Below are positions 54,276 through 64,000 of a stretch of DNA of 64,000 bases, one piece after another. This DNA comes from Chrysomallon squamiferum (Eukaryota > Animalia > Mollusca). The notes beneath the pieces are model-generated. The model had not been told where the DNA came from. It saw only the letters and a program-made list of their open reading frames with translations, and did no database searches. Numbering within the stretch: the stretch's first letter is position 1; each line of letters starts with the position of its first letter. Made by a program: the position numbers and the translations under genes. Location: the NCBI GenBank assembly GCA_012295275.1, contig CM022671.1, positions 34,038,001 to 34,102,000 on the forward strand, read 5' to 3'.

Positions 54276-55001
54276 GTCATTAAATTAAAAAATAAATAAA
54301 ATAAAATAAAATAGAACTTCATCAATTGCATTTTTGTTAAATGTCATGAAAACTTTTACATTAGATTTGAACCCAAATTGTGTCACCCACACTTAAATTT
54401 TTCTGCAGCAATGTTAATAAATGTGACCAGTTTGTGTTTGTTTATTTGTTGAATTCAAATACGTACATGTCTCCCAGTGTTGCAGCTTGGTTTCCCTGTC
54501 ATGACCAAACATCCAGAGTGTGTGTATTTGCCGTCTGTCTCTCTCCCAGTTGGGTTTTAAGAGCTGCTGGGTTCTGCTTCGTCCCAGTTTTGTTTGGCTG
54601 TTTCATGTTTACTTTGAGGAAATTTGTATTAAGATTTCCATTTATATGATTGGCACATGTGTTTGCTGATTGTTATTTTTGTTTACCAATGGCGAGATTG
54701 CAAATGCCAGATGTGGATGCTTTTATTGGAAGACTTTATCTAATGAAGCCCAACTCTGTGTTTGTCAGCACAGTGCTTTGTGGCTGGTCCAGGTCTTTCA
54801 TGGAACCTTTTCATATTTGCCAGTTTGTTGTAAATATCACCACATACAGCAAACTCCGCCAGGGATAAGCTGCTTAATTGATGTTTATTCTACTGCTTCT
54901 TTCATTACTTTTGCCTGACGGTGTTGTTTGGGTGCAAGGAAAACAAGTCTTGTATCACCCCTGAACCAAAGCCATGTCACAAAGGATTGTTTGCTTGAGT
55001 G

Positions 55002-55015
55002 GTTACCATGGTAAC
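55002..55015. promoter_or_regulatory. RFX X-box motif
   Basis: Perfect palindrome GTTACCATGGTAAC matching GTNRCC(N0-3)RGYAAC. Confidence 0.5.
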
Positions 55016-58000
55016 TGGCAGTTTTCATTGGATCCAGAGAGATGTGATACTGATCAACAAACCTTTATAACAGCTTGATATTTAAAAAAAAAAAGAAGAA
55101 AGTATGCTAATGCTTGTGAATATTTGACAGTTTATCCTGGGGGGAAAAACAACAAAAACTTAAAAATAAAGACAATAAGAACAAAACACACAAGCAAAAA
55201 TAAATAAATAAATAATTAAAAAAAAGAACCTTGGAAAAAAACAAAAGAAACAAGCGAAAATATAACAATTTGGACTCATTCATGTTTTTTTTTCTCCCTT
55301 TAACAATCATCAGGTTTTTTTTTTTTAGCATATTTATAAATATTACACCTTTCCTGTTCGAGCATTAATATATTTTCTGTTGTCAGAAGTATATATTTAT
55401 ATATATAAAAAAATTATTTTATCAAAAGATTTCTTAACAGTCTTGTCAGTTTGTTATCCATAAAATGTGTTTATGACATGAAATAACGGATGACTAGTTC
55501 CCCATGCTATGTAGAAGAAGTAAGTGATGAAAAAATATACCCTCTCTTATGACATAAGATAGTGTCATTTCTTTCATGACTGTGTTGCGTATGTAATTAT
55601 TATGACTTAGTTTGTCTAGCTTTTATGTTAATACACATTTAAAAGTGTGAAAATACAAAAAGAAAAATTATAGGTTAATACTCCTATCATAAAAATCTAA
55701 TCAGTTTAAATTCTGATGCAGATAACGTTTTGTTTTTTCCCTCCAAATCCAGACATGTCAACTGAATGAACTTATAAACATTAATGACAATAAGACTAAA
55801 TTTATTAGTAGTTAATAATTAAATAATGGATGATCATTAATCATGGTTCATAAAAAGACCTGATGACAAATAATTATTTGAAGTAGTTTTTGACCAGTTC
55901 ACAAAGTTGTTTACTTTTAATATTACAATTTAATAGTACAATTTACAGCTCAGTGACAAATGGTTGCAGGACTTGACAGCATCAGCTGAGAAATATTAGG
56001 CAATAGAAGCTTAATAACTGGTTAACATTTATTTAATATCTGGTGAAAAAACCCTTGCGAGTTCTGCCTATTATTCTTGTTAGTAATAAAATACTCTGGA
56101 TCTGGAGATTCTATGATACTGATTATTAATATATTTTGTTATGTGTCTGGATACAATTTCTGTTTATTTACTATACAAATAAATAATAATTTTATGGTTG
56201 CTGCAGATAATAAATAACATAAAAGAAATTGTTTTTTTGGTTTTAGTTGTTAGAATACTTGCCTAAGGTATGTTTAGTAAATGTGGATCAATCTAGCACT
56301 CTTTACCATATCACCCATATAAACAAATGGATTTTCATTTCTTTGGGACTAGACATTTGGACTGAGGTAGAAGGTTTACCTTTCTTTATTAAATGATAGC
56401 TAATATTAAAATGTTATGAGGTGTTGTTGAAAATATTTATTCATTTTCATATCAACTTCATGTTAAATATTAACTATTAATAAGGAAATATTGTGAATTG
56501 TTGTTAGATATTAATTTGTTTCTTGTAATGATTATGATTGTGCAATGTACACACAACAGGTTGTAGGAAAAAGTAGCAATGGAAAAAGCGGGGCCATTTT
56601 TTCCCATACCCCCCACACAACATACAGTAAGGAAAATTCAGCAAAATGTCTATAAAGCTTGAGTCCTATTTTTGAAACTTGATACTTAATGGATGTAGGG
56701 ACAGTGTACTGCAGTACCTTTACATTATGCAAATAGTTATTTTTCTTTATCCTAACACAACAAAGACTTCTCTTTCATTTTTAATTTAAGAATACAGTCA
56801 TCATGCTTATCTTGTTTGGTTGTAATTTTTGAAACCTGCTCATGTTTCAAGATTATTTTCATATTGAAGTAGAGGTATCCACTAATGTAGTTCATTGTTT
56901 TGGGTTAGATTACACTGACAGGAATATGGAGATGACCTTTTGCTTAATATTTAATTTTTATATGATATTTTGAGACTTTATGATTGGTTAGAGAAAATAC
57001 ACATAAAACACATACAAAATAAAAACATTTAAAAAATTCCTAATTGAATACAAGAGTATCTATCTATCTATCTATCTATCTGTCTACAGAAAAACCCCAC
57101 AAGAAAACAACAATTATTTTTGATGTGTTGAAATGAACAGACATAATTTCTTATATAACTTTTTGTACCATGCAATACTGTCTAAGCATTCATTTAAATG
57201 GAAATTATTACATCACTAAATACAAGAGGTTTTTAATAAACATTTAATTAATCTTTAAAACCCCCCAATATATTGTTCTGTTGTTTGATACATGTTCATC
57301 TGAGTGAGACATTTTCTGTAGTATGTTATTATATAAAAACACTTTTCACAATTATGTATTTGGTAAGTTTACTATACATGTCAGTCACTGTTATTGTCAT
57401 TAACGTTTTCTTGTAAAAGAAAAAAAAAAATTATATTTGTACGTGACATGATTTGTTTTTAGGATTTACATTCACGTTGTTATTCATATTGTGCATATTG
57501 TTCATTACAGTACATGTGTATGTTCTTTATAGATTATCAGTTATGCATACAATCTGAAAAAAAGAAAAATAATGACCACAGATTGGTAACCTGTATGTAA
57601 TGTCCATTACATGTGTATGTTTGTCTGTCGTAAAAAGATTACCAGTTATGCTTACAATTTGAAAAGTTTAAAAACATGTCATCAGGGTTGATCAGAGTTA
57701 CAGCTGCACAAACTTTCACATGGGAAGTCTGGTCTCAATACTACAGTTTGCCCAGCCACTCCAGTAAACAGTGTGCCCATAGGAAACCTAAACAAAGCCA
57801 TATTTGGCAGATAACCCAGCAAGGTGTAATTTATTAAATGTGTGTTGTTTATCTAGTTTGCTGCATTTGACATGAGTTTATTGGGCTTCATGATTTGTTT
57901 GTCTGTCATTCTGGTTCAGCTTTTCCTAGGTAAATAGTCCCAACAGCAAAGTTTCAAATTTGAAAGTGTATGTGTACCAAAGTTTGCTTAGATGTAAAAA

Positions 58001-58232
58001 TATATAGAGATGTTTATATATAATGCATAAGTTTTTCCTACAGTCTGTTTACTTGGTAATGTACATAAACAGGGTGTAGGTTTGTTGATAGACTTCTTTG
58101 TTTAGCTGTTTACATGATCCTGGTCATGATAGTAGTCCAATGAAGAGCAATATTCAACTGCGGTGGCCTACCTGGTTTAGGTAAATAACAAGATTTTCTT
58201 CTTCTCAATATGCTTGTATACTGCTATGCTTT

Positions 58233-58245
58233 GTTGCTAGGCAAC
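58233..58245. promoter_or_regulatory. RFX X-box motif
   Basis: GTTGCTAGGCAAC, close to the RFX consensus. Confidence 0.45.
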
Positions 58246-58653
58246 CTGCAATTGTTCCAGTGAAAATCTTGTTTATCCATTTCTTGTTTGTTAAATTAAT
58301 TATTTATACTTTGCAAACATTCTTTTGTCATTTGTTTTTCAGCTGTGTATTCTTAAACTTTTAGAAGAGAATTTTTTGTTACATATCTTTCTTTGATCAT
58401 TTTCATTAGTATTATGTTATTATTATTACTGTTATTAATATTATTAATATTATGATAATTATTATTATCATTATTATTATTATTATTATTGCAGTTATCA
58501 TTATTGTTATTATTATACAAATGAAATTCAGAGTACTATTGATGTAATCATCTGTCTTTGAAATAAGCTGAACATTTGAAATCATAAAAATATAATATCT
58601 GATCAGTCTCTTAATTGATTAATAAAAATAATTCCATAACTCATTACTTGAAT

Positions 58654-58815
58654 TGCCTGAAGCATGATGGATCACAGGATCAGTCCACCTTTCTGTGCCC
58701 ATTGGGGCATTTCCTGTTTTAGTTAGGAACTTTTGCTACTAATTGATAAATATAGCCCATGGATCAGCAACAGCAGGTTTCAATTCACAAATATTATTTC
58801 ACCTAATGCATGTTC
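58654..58815 (+). mobile_element. Degenerate SINE-like fragment
   Basis: CAGGATCAGTCCACC..GCCCATTGGGGCATTTC..TTGCTACTAATTGATAAATATAGCCCATGG..CAGCAGGTTTC; related to 43981-44030; family assignment from memory only. Confidence 0.4.
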
Positions 58816-58914
58816 AAAAGTGCTAATATTCAATACTACAAACCAGTATATCTTTATATTAAGTTATTAATACTGTTATTAAAATATAAAAATGATAATA
58901 ATAATAATAATAAC

Positions 58915-58952
<38 letters not shown>

Positions 58953-61925
58953 CCAACTACCACTTCCTCTGAAAAACAAAAAAACAACAACAACAACAAC
59001 AACAAAATACAAACAATAAAACAAAAACAAACAACTTTCCAAGTCCCCTCCACAAAGAAAAACAAAATCCTGTCCCATCAAAAAACAACAACAACAAACA
59101 ACAACATAAACACTGTTTTATATTCCTTTTATTAGAGGGTTGTTGAGATTGCTGTTTGACAGTGGAATCTGGTTTCAGTGCCACATTAGAACTTTTAAGA
59201 CTTGGTAGATTTACCATAGTACCAGTAAGGCCACCTTTCCTTTGATGAGGAAATAATTTTCTTTGTAATGCCTGTGCAGTATCTTCAGATACCTATCTAA
59301 TATATTAATTTGCTTATTTTAGACACCTGTGGTTGAATTGTTTATGTGGAATTGTTTATATATTTATTTATTCATCTTTAAACATCTGGTATTGATATTT
59401 ATGATATTGTATTATTTATTCATTCATTTATTTATTTATTTATCTTTTATGCAACACTGTCATTAATAGTTGTAATACTGAAGAATTTATTAAATGCATT
59501 TGTTTATTTATTGATACAGGTTATGCATTGCTAAACTACATGAAAGAACATTTTGTCTTTATGATAAACAATGAAAAGACTTGAACTATAAAACATTTTC
59601 ATTTGTTTTGTGAAAGCAACACTTAGAATTGTTTTTATCACAATTTACATATCAGAATTAATGATATGCAAATGTGTTGTGTGAGATATATCAGTAAATG
59701 ATTGGATTTTTTTTTTATCTTATCAATTAATCTGATAGTTGGGTTGTTGAGTTCAATTAAATATTTTTAAAGTATACTGTTTATATTTTATAGTTTTATG
59801 AGTTGTTTATTAATTTTTCCCTCTAATGTAAAATATTCTGCACCAACATAAACCAGCAAAATAGTTTTTGAATTAAAACAGCAGAAATAGTAATAAATAA
59901 GTACTTAATGTCAGTAATAATAATCTGATTCTTTATACACATATAATATTTACTTATTTATTTATATGAGGTTTTTTTAAAGTAAATATAACAAAACATG
60001 AATTCCTTTATGTATGTTTTAACATTTATTTATCAGATGTTATAAACTATTAATATATACACTGCACACACACAAGCCTTGTTGTTGTTATTATTATTAT
60101 TATTATAATTATTAACGCCATCATCATAGCCTTCTATTAATTTCATATATATATATATATATATATATTATTTTGACAGTAGAAGATGCATGTACATTGC
60201 ACACCTGTATATATAAAAGTATATCTTTTTATATTTACTGTATATTAAAAAAATAAATAAATAGATAAATAAAAATAAAAATGTATAAAGATATTAATAG
60301 AGAAGTGGCATTTGCTTGAAGAGCTACTTTCTTTTTAATGTTGTAATATCTATCTTAAATTGTTGATAATCATGACATTATATGCCACATCTGTTGTTTC
60401 CTTTTAGTAAAAATCGTTAAAATTTCTTTTCATTCTGACAGGTATTTTATTTTTATGTAATATGTATTAATTTAAAAAAGAATGGTTTTTTGTTTGTTTT
60501 TTTTTGTTTTTTTGTAGCCCTTTCTTTCAGAAATGAGACAGCAGTAATGCATAATTTGAAAGCTAAAGAGGGACATAGTTTATTTCATTTCAGTAAGTAA
60601 ATGAGTGTGAAATACAGCAATTACTTCATGACCAGTTGGAAGAAATGTTCATATCCAGTTTTAGGTGTATTTCACATTGAATTCGAGTAAATACTTGACA
60701 GTTTGAGTCATTTTCCTGTGGATATGAGCTACGAAAATAACAATCAGATAGGAGATGCAAACAAAATATTTTGTCCAAATAAATAATATTGTTTGCTTTT
60801 TCATTTGGTCAGGTTTGATTTTCTTTAATCTGATGTGTATCATACAGGGTTAGGAAAGGAAGGGCGTAACTAAACAAAAGTGTGTTTCTTGTGTATGGAT
60901 ATTATAATGAAAACAAGAACAGCTTTTCTGCCTGTGTTGTTGATTTATTTTCTTTGAGAAGATAAGTGTAGTTGTAGATGTGAACAGTTCAGCTCCCCAC
61001 CTCAGCAAAAGAAGTGAGAGAAAACAAAGCTAAAAATAAATCATTAATAATTAAAAAAATAATGACAATAAAAGAAGTGTGAAATAAAAAGAAATGAATA
61101 TATTTTTTAAAAAGATACAGTTTAAAAGCACCAGAAATTAAAAATGAATAAAGAAAAAAGGCAAACAGGCAAAACAAAAGTAATTTATCAAATAATATTT
61201 TTGTTATTAATGGTTTTTATTATTGTGTCTCCAAATTTAATTAGTTTGTTCAAGTTTAAAATAATATTTTTGAACTGTTTGTAAGAGAAGCTGTGAGTAA
61301 ATTTAACACTCCTTTCATCTAAATAAAAGATAAATAGCTAGCATAACAATGTAAAATTTAGAAACAGCATGCTAAAAAAGAAAATATGTTACTATTATTC
61401 ATTTATATTGTTAAACAAATGTTTTTTACAAGAATAATAATATCAAGAAAGAAAAAATTGTTCTAAAAGTCTAAGATTCAAGTATCAGTTTTAAAAAAGG
61501 TGAAATAGTATTTTATGAGCCTGATAATATTCAACTATGAATTTTGGTACATTTTAAGTGTAAGTAGAAGCATACATTTGAGTAATATATGTATTATATA
61601 ATTTCTGTCATTTCTGATTGGTATTGAAATGTGTAGCAGAACTATCAAGTTGCACAAACAAAAAATTAAACAACTGAACAGATCAAACAGATTGCAGAAA
61701 ATTGATCTCTTTCTTTGTAATGTCTATTTTTTTCTTCATATATTAAAATACAGTTAATGGGGTGTAAAATAGACTTTATCTCACGATATCATGACAAGTA
61801 TACACATAGATATACCTATGAGAACCTGTGAACATACATTTATTGTAGGTTTCATATTCAGGCCTTTTAATAAGGTGTCAAGAGGTTTGACGTTTTAAGA
61901 TGTGACGCTGCTCTCAATGTATGTC

Positions 61926-61964
<39 letters not shown>

Positions 61965-63714
61965 CTGAGTCTTCATTCTAACCTTATATTACTACTGTTA
62001 ACAGAATAAGTATTAATATTTTCAGTGTTTGTATTTAAAATACATTTTGAAAAATGTTTTCATAATAAAGAAGGTCACACATGATTAATTATTTTTGAAA
62101 CGGATTTAATGATTTTGTACTGGCAAACTATCCATCTGTCCCTGTATATTCTAAATAGCTTGAACGTCTGTGCAGCATGCTAGCTGTGTTCATTGAGCTA
62201 TGACCGCATAGTGTGAACCAGTACACATACATTGCTGTCTAGGTCACTTGGCCACCAGATACCAGTATTGGTACAGTTGTTTCTTTTCAAGGATCACTGA
62301 CTTACAAGCATGACTGAACAGGCGTGATATAGCATGGTTTTGATGAGCTGTGTGGATTAAAGAAAGAAACAAAATGATATACAAGTCAGGCAAGACTACA
62401 TATTATGAGTCTATTTACTAACAAGCACTCAACCTGATAATTGAGATTAAAAGATTGGAGGAAACTGATATGGTTTATAGTCTGTAAGCTAATGCTAATT
62501 ATTTGTAAACATATGATCTGTATTTATACATTATAATACTGATTATTATTATTATTTGTATTTATTAAATTATGAGAAAAAATATTACTTTGAATAAATT
62601 GAAAACAGAAAAGAAAGAAAAAAACCTTTAATTTTAGTTGATATTTTAATTTACAGTTTTCAAAGTAGATGAAATATTGAAATAACTTTATAATTCAGTA
62701 TTTATATATTTCCATATGTATATACTCATTATAACAGATAAAAGCATACACTCTGAAATATATTCACAAACATTCAAATACTTAACATGTACACACATTA
62801 ATTTAAATGCATACTAAAACACACACACAAATGCACATAATGCTCTTGTATATAACCTTCATAATGTTAAGGTGTTCTTCAACTAGTTTACAATATATGC
62901 AATGAGGTGTAAAAATGTAGATGCTATCTCATGAACAGTTAGTCAAAATAAGTATTAATTTATGGATGAGAAGTAAACATGTTTTAATCTGAACATATGA
63001 GTTTATATTAGCTGTGTAGATCTACAAATCTATAACTGCTACCTAACTTTTTCCCTACCCAGTAAATAATTGTATTTTGACTTGACAGTATTTTACAAGC
63101 TCACAGGTTCATAAAACTAGATAGTCTGTAAGGAATCAATTAACAAATTTATGTTAATGAGAATAATGTTGAAAAACCAAAATAAATAGCTGACACATTT
63201 ACAATGAAAATGTCAGTTTTCATTTCTTTCTTTTTTTTTTCTTTTTTGACACTGGAATTTTGAAAGAGGAAAAAAAATTTTTTTTTTTTGTTGTGTTTTT
63301 TAACATTTCATAAAAGAATTGTTTACTAATTAAATGAACAACATTAATGTGCTTCATGTAACACACTGACAGCAAGCATAAATTAATGGAAAAGTGTCTC
63401 CTCCCTCCAAAACAATCAATTGTAATAGGGTTGGTGGATAAATTTTGTTACAAATAACATAAAAATGTATGTCCACCTACATCGCAAATTCAGAGAAGTG
63501 TATAAATACATATATTTACATGTATATATGCATATTCTGCTTGAAATATAAGGAAAACAGTTTAACCTTAGTAATGAGGATAACAATTAGAACAAAATAT
63601 TAAAAAAAAAAAAGAAGATAAATAAAAAATAGAATAGACATATATTTAATCATTCATTAAGATATTTCATAATAATAATTAGGTGAAATGTATTTTGTAG
63701 TAAATGAAATTTTG

Positions 63715-63758
<44 letters not shown>

Positions 63759-64000
63759 ATATGTGCATGTGTGTGTGTTTATATATGTAAATGTTTTCCA
63801 GTAGAAAAAGCTTGTTTTGAATGTTTGTGTAGATTTAACAAAGACCAAATAATAATAATAATATAAATAAAAAAAATTAACTAATGAAAAAATGTTTTTA
63901 AATTCTTTTTTTTTTTTTTTTTTTTTTTTTGCATTGTAAATATGATATATGTATTAAAATAGAAATTATCAGTATCCATCTCGTAACACATCATTCATCC

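Noticed and set aside
54380-54918. Cluster of 70-90 aa ORFs
   Set aside because: No recognisable protein motif or convincing splice boundaries; better explained as regulatory sequence.
59163-59224. Possible small exon (TTTGACAG..CCA|GTAAGG)
   Set aside because: Plausible splice sites, but no recognisable peptide or partner exons.

Overview
AT-rich, microsatellite-rich animal genomic DNA with spliceosomal introns, probably a mollusc (inferred from gene and repeat style). Four spliced genes can be built by hand with consistent splice phases. (1) The 3' part of a selenoprotein thioredoxin reductase with an N-terminal glutaredoxin domain (TGR-type, + strand): 16 exons, C-terminal Gly-Cys-Sec-Gly, one GC-AG intron, a type-II SECIS about 700 nt downstream, and a probable internal promoter for a Grx-less isoform. 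(2) An unnamed 4-exon minus-strand gene (462 aa) joining a presequence-like N-terminus, two DHX30-type dsRNA-binding domains and a DIRS/Ngaro-retrotransposon-type RNase H domain with all four catalytic acidic residues. This apparent domesticated-transposon fusion is the most interesting feature. (3) TMEM168 (+), head-to-head with gene 2 across a promoter with clustered kB-like motifs. (4) SAMTOR/BMT2 (-), with a repeat-derived insertion and uORFs. The last ~26 kb has no convincing coding exon, but shows CRE/YY1 promoter-like patches, orphan splice donors, RFX X-boxes and a drop in CpG, suggesting the 5' end of a large gene whose coding exons lie beyond the window. All homology calls are from recognition of motifs; no searches were run.
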